A stretch of 46,323 nt of DNA from positions 1 through 46,323 of the IMG/VR virus record IMGVR_UViG_3300012347_000178; one strand, 5' to 3'. Below, one piece after another: positions 23,765-33,836 of the stretch (positions within the stretch are counted from its first letter, which is position 1; each line of letters opens with the position of its first letter). This DNA is from a virus. Taxonomy: Duplodnaviria > Caudoviricetes. Position numbers and translations under genes: made by a program. Under the pieces are notes generated by a model. The model ran no database searches. It saw only the letters and a list, made by a program, of their open reading frames with translations, and had not been told where the DNA came from.

Positions 23765-24145
23765 ATGGCCGAAAAGCTGAAACACAATCTCCACATCGCT
23801 GCATACATCCGTAAGGCAATCCGTGCTGGTGTGTCGATGAAAGTCATTCTTGACAACATCCAAAAGTATGACAATGCACCTACAAGCATGAACGGTATGT
23901 ATCGCACATATCGTAATGACATTGCAGAAGCCCGTGCAACAATCCAAGAAGAAGTTGGTGCTGTTGTTGTAGCTAAGGCTCTTGATGGCGACATGAAGGC
24001 TGCTGAACTGTTCCTTCGTTCTAAGGCTGGTTGGAATCCGACTATCAAGATCGAAGAAGTTGACCCCGAAGAAACTAAAGAAGACACTGGTGCTATTGAT
24101 GACCTGTTGGCGCTTCTTGGTCGTAGCAAAAAAGAAGAAAAATGA
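23765..24145 (+). CDS. terS: Terminase small subunit
   Basis: Directly upstream of TerL with ATGA overlap; ALDGD.KAAELFLRSKAGW pattern; GAGG SD before MAEKLK. Confidence 0.75.
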   Translation: MAEKLKHNLHIAAYIRKAIRAGVSMKVILDNIQKYDNAPTSMNGMYRTYRNDIAEARATIQEEVGAVVVAKALDGDMKAAELFLRSKAGWNPTIKIEEVDPEETKEDTGAIDDLLALLGRSKKEEK

Positions 24146-25521
24146 GTAAGAACGGTCTTAAACTACATGCCGACGATCTAAGGGCAATGGGTGAAGACCT
24201 CGAAACTCTACTTTCTAAACTGCAACCTTCCAAAGCCGAAGAATTGATGTACAACTGGCCTTTCTGGGCTAGACCTCAACAGATGGCACCAGAAGGTGAT
24301 TGGAACACTTGGTTCATTAATGCTGGTCGTGGTTTTGGTAAGACCCGTGCTGGTGTTGAATGGGTCCGTGGCTTGGTGCAAAGGGGGTACAAACGTATCG
24401 CTGCTATTGCTGCTACGAACTCGGACATTGAACGAGTTATGATTAACGGTGAATCAGGTTTCTTGGCTCGTTGTTGGTCAGGTGACAAAGATCACAAAGG
24501 GCGTCCTCTTGGTAAACCTGTATGGTCACCAACAAAACGTCTGTTGACTTGGGAGAATGGCGCTTACGTCCAATTCTTCTCTGCCGAAGAACCAGAACGT
24601 CTTCGTGGACCTCAGTTTGAAGCTGCATGGTGTGACGAACTCGCTGCTTGGAATCGTGACCGTGATACATGGGACATGCTCCAATTCTGTCTTCGTCTAG
24701 GTAAACATCCCCAAACTTGCGTTACAACAACTCCTAAGCCAACCAAGTTGGTCAGGGACATTATGAAGAACCCGAAGACCGTTATCACATACGGCTCGAC
24801 GTTTGACAATTCTGCTAACCTTGCTGCTACCTATCTCGAAGCTGTCAAAAGCCAATATGAGGGTACACGCCTTGGTCGTCAAGAATTGTATGCGGAAGTT
24901 CTTGATGAAGCCTCTGGTGCTTTGTGGAGTAGATCGCTTCTAGCACAATGTGAAGTCGATGTTGAAGACCCTCTAGAGTTTTCACAGACACTTGCTCGTG
25001 TTGTTGTTTCAGTCGATCCGGCTGTTTCATCAAATGCTGAAAGTGACATGACGGGTATTGTTGTTGCTGGTATGGATGTCAATGGCATCTGCTATATCTT
25101 GCAAGACGCTACTGATCGCTATTCCCCCGAAGGTTGGGCGGCAAAGGCTATCGAACTGTATAACCTATACGGGGCTGATAGAATAGTCGCAGAACGCAAC
25201 CAAGGTGGGGACATGGTGAAGTACACCTTCAAGACCATTGACGAAACAATCCCTATTAAACTTGTACATGCCTCTCGCGGCAAGTTTGCCCGTGCTGAAC
25301 CTGTCTCTGCCCTCTATGAGCGTAATCGGGTAAAGCATGTTCGTGGCTTAGACCTCCTTGAAGATCAGATGGTGCAATGGGAACCTTTTGGTTCGATTGG
25401 TTCACCTGACCGTCTTGACGCTATGGTCTGGGCTGTAACAGAACTTGCCCTCAAAGGTATCGCTAGACCAGAACTTAACTTGGCCTATTCTGATGCGAAA
25501 GGGCTTCTCAGTAGAATTTAG
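24142..25521 (+). CDS. terL: Terminase large subunit
   Basis: AGRGFGKT Walker A, LRGPQF..WCDE Walker B, TTTPKP, VDPA and SPDRLDA nuclease motifs. Confidence 0.96.
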   Translation: MSKNGLKLHADDLRAMGEDLETLLSKLQPSKAEELMYNWPFWARPQQMAPEGDWNTWFINAGRGFGKTRAGVEWVRGLVQRGYKRIAAIAATNSDIERVMINGESGFLARCWSGDKDHKGRPLGKPVWSPTKRLLTWENGAYVQFFSAEEPERLRGPQFEAAWCDELAAWNRDRDTWDMLQFCLRLGKHPQTCVTTTPKPTKLVRDIMKNPKTVITYGSTFDNSANLAATYLEAVKSQYEGTRLGRQELYAEVLDEASGALWSRSLLAQCEVDVEDPLEFSQTLARVVVSVDPAVSSNAESDMTGIVVAGMDVNGICYILQDATDRYSPEGWAAKAIELYNLYGADRIVAERNQGGDMVKYTFKTIDETIPIKLVHASRGKFARAEPVSALYERNRVKHVRGLDLLEDQMVQWEPFGSIGSPDRLDAMVWAVTELALKGIARPELNLAYSDAKGLLSRI

Positions 25522-25529
25522 GTAGAGAA

Positions 25530-26885
25530 ATGAAGAAACTCTCGGAAACAGCTTCCAAGATTGAACTCGGCGTATATGGTAAAAACACATACACGGGTGA
25601 CATTCGTGCCGACGAGTTTCTTCAAGAACTCCGTGGCAAGAAAGCAATTCAAAAGTACCGTGAAATGCGTGACAACAACGCTATCATTGGTTCTATCATG
25701 TATGCGGTTGAACAAACCCTTCGTGATGTAAAGATTGACATTGTTCCTGCTAACGACACTGAAGAAGCTAAGAAAGAAGTCGAGTTTCTGAAGTCTGTCC
25801 TAGACGACATGGACCACAGCCTTGATGACCATATCTCAGAAGCGTTGTCGTATCTGACCTATGGTTTCTCTTGGTTTGAGATTGTTGCTAAACGCCGTGA
25901 AGGTGATGCACGATCCGCTAAGAAAAACTCCAAATACAACGATGGTCGTATCGGCATCAAGAAACTTGCCATTCGCGCACCTTGGACAGTTAATCGTTTT
26001 GAGATTGACCAAGAAAGCGGTGAAGTTGTTGGCATGTGGCAAGATGTCACTTGGGGCAAACGCCCTGCAATGATCCCCGTTGAAAAATCTCTGTACTACC
26101 GCACTACAAGTCTCAATAATGATCCCTCTGGTCGGTCGGTCCTCAGAAATGCTTATGTATCTTACACCTATCTCAACAAAATTCAAGGCTATGAAGCTGT
26201 TGCTATCGAACGAGAACTTCATGGTGTCCCTGTTGGGCGTATGCCTGCTGAATATCTGAGTGGTGATGCAACAACAGATCAGGCTAACCTTCGTGGTCAG
26301 TTTGAGCGTATCCTTCGTGACTTGAAGAACAACGAACAAGGTTATGCACTTCTGCCTTCTGACCTGTATGTTGATGCAGATGGTAAGCCTACAAATCAAC
26401 GACTGATGGACATTGAACTCATTACTGCTAATGGTTCTCGCTCCATTCAGATTGATCCTGTTGTTAAGCGTTATCAACACGACATTGCCCGTAGCTTGAT
26501 GGCCGAGTTTCTTATGCTTGGTTCTGCTGGTGGCTCTTACGCTCTGTCTAAAACAAAGACGGACCTTTTCCTGCGTAGCCTTGAAAGCTACATCAATGTG
26601 ATTGTTGATGTTCTGAACAAGCAGCTTGTGGAACGTCTGTGGCAGCTTAATGGTCTGTCGTTTGATGTGATGCCCAAGTTGGTTGCTGGCGATGTTGCTC
26701 CACACGATCTTCGTGAGATTGCAGCCTTCCTGCGTAACATCAACGGTGCTGGCATTGAGGTTAAAGATCAGCCTGAACTTGTTGAAGACCTCTTTAGTAT
26801 TGCTGAACTTGAGTTTGATCGTCCTCTTTACGAACAAAATCTCAAAGCCCAACCAAAGGAACAAGTAAATGGCAACCCTCAATGA
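25530..26885 (+). CDS. Portal protein
   Basis: Follows TerL; 451 aa; YGFSWFE, P.GRSVLR, GSYALS motifs of DUF935-like portals. Confidence 0.9.
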   Translation: MKKLSETASKIELGVYGKNTYTGDIRADEFLQELRGKKAIQKYREMRDNNAIIGSIMYAVEQTLRDVKIDIVPANDTEEAKKEVEFLKSVLDDMDHSLDDHISEALSYLTYGFSWFEIVAKRREGDARSAKKNSKYNDGRIGIKKLAIRAPWTVNRFEIDQESGEVVGMWQDVTWGKRPAMIPVEKSLYYRTTSLNNDPSGRSVLRNAYVSYTYLNKIQGYEAVAIERELHGVPVGRMPAEYLSGDATTDQANLRGQFERILRDLKNNEQGYALLPSDLYVDADGKPTNQRLMDIELITANGSRSIQIDPVVKRYQHDIARSLMAEFLMLGSAGGSYALSKTKTDLFLRSLESYINVIVDVLNKQLVERLWQLNGLSFDVMPKLVAGDVAPHDLREIAAFLRNINGAGIEVKDQPELVEDLFSIAELEFDRPLYEQNLKAQPKEQVNGNPQ

Positions 26886-27240
26886 TCGTGTATTCGACAA
26901 CGGTTTGACCGTTCTTGATACAGAAGCCAACAAAATCACTATCACTTCGCAAGAAGTCACAACCTACACCGAGGGCAACGCAACATATGCCCTTGGTAAC
27001 TCCACTTCGATTAGCATTTCTGCCCCTGCTGATCGTACTGGTGGTGGTCGTAAGGTGACTGTCTCGGCCATTACGGATGGCACTGTCACAGCAAACGGTA
27101 CGGCAACCCACTACGCCATTCTGGATACTGTGAACTCCCGCCTTCTGGCAACAGGTTCCTTGACTGCTTCGCAAGTCGTTACTTCTGGCAATACGTTTAC
27201 CTTGTCGACTTTCGACATTGGTATCCCTGATCCGGTCTAA
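26869..27240 (+). CDS. Small beta-rich virion protein (candidate fibre subunit)
   Basis: Thr/Ser/Gly-rich 123 aa; GTATHYAILD..LLATGSL..GNTFTL. Confidence 0.65.
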   Translation: MATLNDRVFDNGLTVLDTEANKITITSQEVTTYTEGNATYALGNSTSISISAPADRTGGGRKVTVSAITDGTVTANGTATHYAILDTVNSRLLATGSLTASQVVTSGNTFTLSTFDIGIPDPV

Positions 27241-27250
27241 GGTGAATTGA

Positions 27251-28048
27251 ATGTACGCTAACCGCGCAAAGATGACTACAGCCACCACAGGGACAGGCAC
27301 AATTACGCTTGGTTCTGCTTCAACTGGCTACCAGTCCTTTGCTGCGGCTGGTGTCGTTAATGGTGAGATTGTCCGATACGTCATTGAAGATGGCAATGCT
27401 TGGGAAATTGGCCTTGGCTTGTACACTTCTGCTGGAACCACTCTTACGAGGGTCTTGACACAATCTAGCACAGGCTCACTGCTTAACCTTTCTGGTTCTG
27501 CTGTTGTCTTTATCTCAGCCGTTGCAGATGACTTCTCCGGTCCTGAATACTGGATGATGTTGTCCTCAAACTACACGTTGACAAACACGACTGCAACCCA
27601 GAAAATGTTCAATGCTACAACAAACGGTGCTTTGACACTCGACGTTGGGGTCTATTCTTACGATGTGTTGGCGCGTGTGCAGAACATGTCTACGACATCT
27701 GGTAACCTACAGTTCAACCTTCTGGGTGCCGGAACGGCGACAATCGACTCTAACGCCTTGATGTATGGCTCTGCTCTTGATACCACCTTTTCATCTGCCA
27801 TTGCTGGCGCTCTTTCTGGTTTTGTGATACAGGGGACATCCTCTACAACTAACATTGCTTCATCAAGCACAGGCGCTGGTGTACACTTTGTTACGTCTGG
27901 TGTGTTGCGTGTCACTGCCGCTGGAACGATTATCCCGTCTGTCGCTTTGACATCCGCTGCTGCTGCAAACGTTCTTGCTGGAAGCTACTTCGTGATTAAA
28001 CGTCGTTCTAGCATCTCTAGTGACACCTTCTATGGAGCGTGGACATAA
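27251..28048 (+). CDS. Fibre/adhesin-like virion protein
   Basis: [22 protein letters not shown]-terminal module plus beta-sandwich-like C-terminus. Confidence 0.65.
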   Translation: MYANRAKMTTATTGTGTITLGSASTGYQSFAAAGVVNGEIVRYVIEDGNAWEIGLGLYTSAGTTLTRVLTQSSTGSLLNLSGSAVVFISAVADDFSGPEYWMMLSSNYTLTNTTATQKMFNATTNGALTLDVGVYSYDVLARVQNMSTTSGNLQFNLLGAGTATIDSNALMYGSALDTTFSSAIAGALSGFVIQGTSSTTNIASSSTGAGVHFVTSGVLRVTAAGTIIPSVALTSAAAANVLAGSYFVIKRRSSISSDTFYGAWT

Positions 28049-28209
28049 TGGAACCTGTTGTTAAAGCAAAAGTAGAAAACGGGGTCGTGACTGAAGCTTT
28101 TCTTGTTTGGGAAATCCCTGAGCATCTAAAGAACTGGATTACAGCCCCGATTGAAGTTGGACCCAACTGGACCTACGATGGTGAGGTTTTCTATCCCCCT
28201 TCGGAGTAA
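28048..28209 (+). CDS. Small fibre-associated chaperone-like protein, 53 aa
   Basis: Read manually; AKVENGVV..VGPNWTYDG..F.PP pattern often found after fibre genes. Confidence 0.6.
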   Translation: MEPVVKAKVENGVVTEAFLVWEIPEHLKNWITAPIEVGPNWTYDGEVFYPPSE

Positions 28210-28213
28210 GTAA

Positions 28214-29089
28214 ATGCTTGGTTTTGCCCCTCTCGCCTCAATTACGCTTGGTGATGATGGGGCAGTATCACTTCCTGTAGATTCGCTCTCTGCAAACAAC
28301 ATCACTACTGGCAACCCGGTTGTAGGTTCTAGTTCTGTTTTTCAAGATCAGGCTCTTGCTCCTGTAGCAATCACTACGGGCAATCCTACTGTTGACAGCA
28401 CAACCCTTACCCAGATTTCTGTAGGGGGTCTTGTTGCCAACGACATCACTACTGGCAACCCTGTTGTTGGAAGTACCCCTGCTGCTATCACAAGCAACTT
28501 GTCAGCACAAGGTGTCACCACAGGTAATGCCACTGTTTCTGCCTCTAGTTTGTCGCAGAACAATTCGCTTGTTTCGGTTGGGATCACCACTGGTCAACCC
28601 ACTATCCAAGCATCAGACTTAATAGAAAAACATGCACTCAATGCTGCTACCATCACAACGGGTAGCCCAAGTCTTGATAGTCCACTTTTCTCTATTCAAT
28701 TTAACCTGTCTGCATCGTCTATCACGACAGGCTCTTCGAATGTTGCATCTGCCACACTTGGTCAGAAGTACAACTTCACTACAGTCGGTATCGTAACTGG
28801 TCAACCCACTGTACAAGCAACTGTACTTGTCTCTTTCCAGAACCTCTTTGCCACTAACATCACCACTGGTCAACCGACCTTCGGGAATGTTTACGTCAAT
28901 GGTTCTCGTTCTAGAACTGTCTCTGTTACAGATAACTCTGACAACAGCGTTCTTATCCAAGAAGTGTTCAACGAAGTTTCTATTGTTGAACAAGGGAACG
29001 TGACCAATGTGAGAGATAGTGCAAACTCTGGTGTTGTCTCTGGCTCTATTAACTCTGTCACTGTAAACTCTGAAAATAGGGCTGTATGA
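28214..29089 (+). CDS. Repeat protein with nine ~23-aa ITTGxP units
   Basis: Repeats counted directly in the translation. Confidence 0.75.
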   Translation: MLGFAPLASITLGDDGAVSLPVDSLSANNITTGNPVVGSSSVFQDQALAPVAITTGNPTVDSTTLTQISVGGLVANDITTGNPVVGSTPAAITSNLSAQGVTTGNATVSASSLSQNNSLVSVGITTGQPTIQASDLIEKHALNAATITTGSPSLDSPLFSIQFNLSASSITTGSSNVASATLGQKYNFTTVGIVTGQPTVQATVLVSFQNLFATNITTGQPTFGNVYVNGSRSRTVSVTDNSDNSVLIQEVFNEVSIVEQGNVTNVRDSANSGVVSGSINSVTVNSENRAV

Positions 29090-29409
29090 TGGCTTTCACA
29101 ATTAAACAGAACGACACATCGCCAGCTATTCAGGCAACTCTCCAAAACTACAGTGGCAACCCTATTAACTTGCTTGGTGCAACGGTCAGGTTTCACATGA
29201 AGTCCTTTGAAGGGACTATCAAAGTGGATCGAACAATGACTATCACAAGTGCAGCTAATGGTGTTGTCACTTACTTCTGGCAAAGTGGCGATACTGACAC
29301 TGCTGGCACTTACTACGCTGAGTTTGAAGTCACATACGCTGACCTTTCTGTAGAAACGTTCCCTAACAACGGTAGTATCGCTATTACCATTACCCCGGAG
29401 TTGAACTAA
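29086..29409 (+). CDS. Ig-like/BppU-N-like virion protein
   Basis: IKQNDTSP..NLLGATVRFHM..GVVTY.W..DT..AG.Y.AEFEVTY.D..ETFP. Confidence 0.7.
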   Translation: MMAFTIKQNDTSPAIQATLQNYSGNPINLLGATVRFHMKSFEGTIKVDRTMTITSAANGVVTYFWQSGDTDTAGTYYAEFEVTYADLSVETFPNNGSIAITITPELN

Positions 29410-30158
29410 TGACCACATGGGGTAAACTGAGTTTTGAGAACAACTACTTCGCTATTTCAAAAGGTGAAGTGTCAGATAACAGCGTCGTCTTTATCAGTGG
29501 CAAGAACAACCAAGTTGATTCTGGAACTGTCCCTGAAACAGTTTGGAACGTTGGTGGCCTTTATCCTTGGTCTGCTTGGAATGGTGGCGCAAAGACGCTC
29601 TACATCGTTTCAACATCCGCTTCTGACATTTACAACGTAGTCTTGTCAGGTCTTGACGAAAACTACAATCCCCTTGTTCATGTTGTCACAATGAATGGTA
29701 CAACACCTGTAAACACAGGTTTGGTTAAGTTCTATCGTCTCAATAGTGCTGTCTATGTTGATAGTGGTGCCTCTAACGTAGGTACAGTAACTATCCGAGT
29801 TGGTGCAGTTGATGGTACTATTGTTGGTCAAATGACTGCTGGACAAGCGGCAACTTCAATGTCGATCTATACGGTCCCTGCTGGCTATACTGCTTTCAGC
29901 GTATACGGTGACTTCTCTTGCAACAAGAACGAAAACGCTGAATTGAACGCTCGTTGGCGTCTCTTTGGTTCGAGTTTCATCACTGTCTATGCAACAGAGG
30001 TTTATCAACAGCACATCGTAACGACACCTCCTGTGCCGGGTGCCATCCCAGAAAAGACTGACATTGACAATCAAGTCGCTTTGGTTTCCAACAACGGGAC
30101 TAGGGTCTACTCCAACCAACAACTTATCTTGGTGAAGAACAATGCCCTACGAGTCTAA
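29409..30158 (+). CDS. Hypothetical beta-rich virion-associated protein
   Basis: ETVW..GGLYPW, YTVPAGYT, EKTDI motifs; lies in the structural operon. Confidence 0.65.
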   Translation: MTTWGKLSFENNYFAISKGEVSDNSVVFISGKNNQVDSGTVPETVWNVGGLYPWSAWNGGAKTLYIVSTSASDIYNVVLSGLDENYNPLVHVVTMNGTTPVNTGLVKFYRLNSAVYVDSGASNVGTVTIRVGAVDGTIVGQMTAGQAATSMSIYTVPAGYTAFSVYGDFSCNKNENAELNARWRLFGSSFITVYATEVYQQHIVTTPPVPGAIPEKTDIDNQVALVSNNGTRVYSNQQLILVKNNALRV

Positions 30159-31197
30159 CGATGAACTGCCTAAAGCAGTACGCTCCAAACTCTCTGCACA
30201 TCAACAGAGCATGTTCAGGAACGTCTTCAACTCTATGATGGGTGAAGATGGAATGACTGAAAGCCGTGCCTTTGCTGGTGCTTGGTCGCAGGCTAAACAA
30301 GCTAAAGTCAATAAAGCAAAAGTTGGCGACAAGGTTTCTTGGAACTCTAGTGGTGGTACTGCAAGGGGTGTGATCCGCTCTATCCACACAGATGGTAAAG
30401 TGCCTAACATCCCTGTCAACATTCAAGGTTCTGAGGATGAACCCGCTGCAAGGGTTGAACTTCTAGATGAAGAAGGTAAGCCTCGTGGTGAGTTTGTTGG
30501 ACACAAGGTTTCTACTTTGAGCAAAGTTGCATTAGAAAAAGCAATGCACGAGGGCAAAGAGGTAACTCTGGATAAGCCGTTCCGACTTCCAGAAGGTTCT
30601 TCTAAGAAATTCGGTGTGTACGTCAAATCTGGCGATGGTGTCAAGAAAGTTACCTTCGGTGATCCCAACATGGAAATCCGCAGGGACGATGACCAAGCCC
30701 GTTCTAACTTCCGCTCTCGCCATTCTTGCGATACTGCAACAGACAAGACTTCTGCACGTTACTGGTCTTGCCGTATGTGGGAAGCAGACACCTCTGTCTC
30801 TGATATGACCAAGGTTAAGATCGAAGGTCAAATCCTAAAGCAAGATAGCGAAGAACGCCTTGTGTATGGTTGGGCTTACGTCTCGACAGACAAAGGTGAA
30901 ATCAGTCTGGATCACAGTGGCGAGTTTGTTCGTCCCGATCAGATTGCTAAAGCAGCTACAAACTTCATGCTCTCCATGCGTACAGCAAAGCGTATGCACT
31001 CTGGCGGGAAAATCGGTGAAGTTGTCCATTCCATGCCTCTGACACACGAGATTTCAAAGGCATTGGGTATTCAGTCTGACCGCGAAGGCTGGCTTGTTGC
31101 AATCAAGGTCTACGACGACCAAGTGTGGCAGGATGTGAAAAGCGGTAAACTTGCGGCTTTCTCTATTGGGGGCCGAGCCTTGAAGGAGATGGTGTAA
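30142..31197 (+). CDS. Multidomain prohead protease (ChaB-like + Tudor-like + FGDP/YWSC domain + XkdF-like serine protease)
   Basis: MPY.SN.ELP..AFAGAW; KVGDKVSWNSSGG; KVTFGDPNM..ARYWSC; EERLVYGWA..MH..VKSGKLAAFSIGG. Confidence 0.85.
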   Translation: MPYESNDELPKAVRSKLSAHQQSMFRNVFNSMMGEDGMTESRAFAGAWSQAKQAKVNKAKVGDKVSWNSSGGTARGVIRSIHTDGKVPNIPVNIQGSEDEPAARVELLDEEGKPRGEFVGHKVSTLSKVALEKAMHEGKEVTLDKPFRLPEGSSKKFGVYVKSGDGVKKVTFGDPNMEIRRDDDQARSNFRSRHSCDTATDKTSARYWSCRMWEADTSVSDMTKVKIEGQILKQDSEERLVYGWAYVSTDKGEISLDHSGEFVRPDQIAKAATNFMLSMRTAKRMHSGGKIGEVVHSMPLTHEISKALGIQSDREGWLVAIKVYDDQVWQDVKSGKLAAFSIGGRALKEMV

Positions 31198-31973
31198 TGC
31201 CCACCGAACTCGTAAACTTGGAACTTGAAGAAGTTTCCTTGGTTGACATGGGTGATGACCCTCTCGCCAAGGTAGCCATCTTTAAGCGCAACCCAGAAGG
31301 GGAAGACATGGAAGACGAAGAACTCGAAAAGAAAGTCGAGATTGAAGTTGAAGGTGAAGACGATATGTCCGAAGCTGACGACATGCAAGAAGACATGACA
31401 GAAGGTGAAAAGAAGCCCACACGTAAATCGTGGAAAGCTGAGGCTCTTGAACTGGATGAAGTCAACAAGATGCTTCTGGAAGAAATCGAAACTCTGAAAG
31501 CTAAAGTTTCCGACTTGGAAGCAGAAGCAATCGAGAAGTCGAAGCCCAAAGAAGAAATGATCGAAATCGAAGGCGAAATGATTGCCAAATCGGCTGTCCC
31601 TGCCCCGATCCTTAAGAAACTAGAAGATATGCAAAAGGCTGCTGAAGCTGAAGCATTCCGTAAACGCGCTGACGAGGTTCTCCCGAACTTTAAGGGTACT
31701 GCTGACGAGCGTGGTAAACTTTTGAAGTCTGTTGGTGACGATGAACAACTCATCGCTATCCTTCGTGCCGCTGATGCTGCTTTTGCTGGCATCTATCAAG
31801 AAGTTGGCAAAACTGACGCAGAAAATGACCTGAAAACTCCGACTGAGAAACTTAACGACATGGTTAAGAACTATCAGGAAGACAAAAAGGAAAAAGACTT
31901 CCATAAAGCATATGCTGCTGTCATCAAAACTGCCCAAGGTCGCGCCCTTGTGCTTGAAACCTACAAAAAGTAA
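31197..31973 (+). CDS. Capsid scaffolding protein
   Basis: EVSLVD N-terminus, acidic coiled coil, between protease and capsid genes. Confidence 0.75.
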   Translation: MPTELVNLELEEVSLVDMGDDPLAKVAIFKRNPEGEDMEDEELEKKVEIEVEGEDDMSEADDMQEDMTEGEKKPTRKSWKAEALELDEVNKMLLEEIETLKAKVSDLEAEAIEKSKPKEEMIEIEGEMIAKSAVPAPILKKLEDMQKAAEAEAFRKRADEVLPNFKGTADERGKLLKSVGDDEQLIAILRAADAAFAGIYQEVGKTDAENDLKTPTEKLNDMVKNYQEDKKEKDFHKAYAAVIKTAQGRALVLETYKK

Positions 31974-31990
31974 ACTTAGGAGCCTCGAAA

Positions 31991-32359
31991 ATGGCATTTA
32001 CTGAACGTCTCGCTACTCGCACCTACATTTCGGGTGCTGCCCTCACTCAATTCACCTTTGTTGTTGGTCCCGCTTCGGACGGTCAAATTGACCCCGTGGG
32101 TACTGCTGGTGCTCGTGCTACTGGCGTGGTCCTGCAATCGGCTGCTGGTGCTGGTGAAGCTGTCACTGTTGCCTATGATGGCCGTGTGACTGTTCTGGCC
32201 GCTGGTAACATCACCAAAGGCGCGGCTGTTTCGTCTAACAACGCTGGTCGTGCTATCGCAGCTACAACTGGTCATGTCATTCTGGGTTATGCCCAAGAAG
32301 GTGCCGTGTCTGGTCAGGTCATCACTATCGACCTCGCTCGTGCCGAAACCGCTGCCTAA
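31991..32359 (+). CDS. Head decoration/cement protein
   Basis: Small Ala/Gly-rich protein directly before the MCP. Confidence 0.75.
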   Translation: MAFTERLATRTYISGAALTQFTFVVGPASDGQIDPVGTAGARATGVVLQSAAGAGEAVTVAYDGRVTVLAAGNITKGAAVSSNNAGRAIAATTGHVILGYAQEGAVSGQVITIDLARAETAA

Positions 32360-32384
32360 TCTAGTTAAATAAGGAATACTGAAA

Positions 32385-33392
32385 ATGGCTATGCTTACTC
32401 CGGGTGCAGTTCACATTGATGCGCCGCTGACTAACCTGACTATCGCTTTTGTGCAGGAATCGACTGGCTTTATCGCTGATCGCGTCTTCCCGAAAGTGTC
32501 GGTGTCGAAAAAGACCGACAAATACTACATCTACAACCGTGCGGACTTCAACCGTGTGGGTCAAGTGCAACCCCGTGCTCCCCGTACCCAAGCGCCTCGC
32601 GTCGGTATGACCCTCTCGACGGATACCTACAGCACTGACGTTTTCTCGCTGGCAACAGATTTCGACTTTGAAACTCTGGCTAACGAAGATGCGGCTCTGG
32701 ATATCCGCTCGGCTGCTTCGCAAATGCTGACAACCCAACTGTTGATCGACCGTGAAGTTAAGTGGGCGACCGACTATTTTGGTTCGGGCATCTGGGGCAC
32801 GGATTGGGCTGGTGTTGCAGGTTCGCCCTCGACCAACCAAGTGCGTCAATGGTCCGACTACACCAACTCGACACCGATTCAGGACGTTACCGCTATCATG
32901 CGTACGATCCAACTGAAATCGGGCGGCTTCAAACCCAATGTCATGGTGGTTGGTAAGGAAGTTCGTGACGTTCTGATTAACCATCCCACGATCCTCGCCC
33001 GCCTGAATGGTGGCGCTACTGTGACCAACACCGCTCTGGTGACGGATGCCAAACTGGCTGAAATCTTCGGCGTGGAAGAATTTTTGGTCATGGAAACGGT
33101 TAAGAACACCGCTGCCGAAGGTCTGGCGGAAGCTAACGCTTTCATCGGTGGCAAGTCGGTTGCTTTCTACTACCGTCCTCGCGCTGCTGGCCTGATGGTT
33201 CCCTCGGCTGGTTATACCTTCACTTGGGATGATCTGGAAAATGCTTCGGGTTACGGTATCTCCATCAAATCGTATCGTGGTGATTACCTCGCCATCGACG
33301 GTATTGCGGAAGTGCTGGAAGCGAACATGGCCTACGATCACAAGGTTGTGTCGGCTGATCTGGGTGGCTTCATCGCTACCGTCATCGCCTAA
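32385..33392 (+). CDS. Major capsid protein
   Basis: HIDAPLTNL, FIADRVFPKVSV, PN.MV.G; 335 aa; strong SD and biased codon use. Confidence 0.9.
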   Translation: MAMLTPGAVHIDAPLTNLTIAFVQESTGFIADRVFPKVSVSKKTDKYYIYNRADFNRVGQVQPRAPRTQAPRVGMTLSTDTYSTDVFSLATDFDFETLANEDAALDIRSAASQMLTTQLLIDREVKWATDYFGSGIWGTDWAGVAGSPSTNQVRQWSDYTNSTPIQDVTAIMRTIQLKSGGFKPNVMVVGKEVRDVLINHPTILARLNGGATVTNTALVTDAKLAEIFGVEEFLVMETVKNTAAEGLAEANAFIGGKSVAFYYRPRAAGLMVPSAGYTFTWDDLENASGYGISIKSYRGDYLAIDGIAEVLEANMAYDHKVVSADLGGFIATVIA

Positions 33393-33410
33393 GTAAAAGG
33401 AGGGGGGGAA

Positions 33411-33821
33411 ATGTCCCGACCAATTCTCCCCTACTTCAATCCTTCTCGGCCTGTATATGTTAAGCAAAACGGACTACAGGCTGCGGGGAAGGTTTGGAAG
33501 CAGGGTGATAGATTTCAATGGGATTTCTTTGGGGTTCCTATTGAGACAATCCAACAAATGTTCTTTAGTGATATGTTGTATCACAACGAAGAATTTGAAG
33601 AAGATGCTGTGAAAAACATCTCAATCGGTGACGGTCTTGATGACTTGACCATTGACCAACTTCATGTTCTTGTTGACAACATCAACTTCAAAGTCAAAAG
33701 TAAGACGAAAACTGCCAAAGAGTTTTTGCTTAAGAAGTGTCCTAAACTTCCGAAAGATAGGGAACTTCAAATCCGCAAGATTCGTAGGTGGCGTTCTACC
33801 TATGGCGATATGGAAATCTAA
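33411..33821 (+). CDS. Hypothetical protein (head completion region)
   Basis: ORF after the MCP with SD. Confidence 0.7.
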   Translation: MSRPILPYFNPSRPVYVKQNGLQAAGKVWKQGDRFQWDFFGVPIETIQQMFFSDMLYHNEEFEEDAVKNISIGDGLDDLTIDQLHVLVDNINFKVKSKTKTAKEFLLKKCPKLPKDRELQIRKIRRWRSTYGDMEI

Positions 33822-33836
33822 GACAAAGGGACGACT

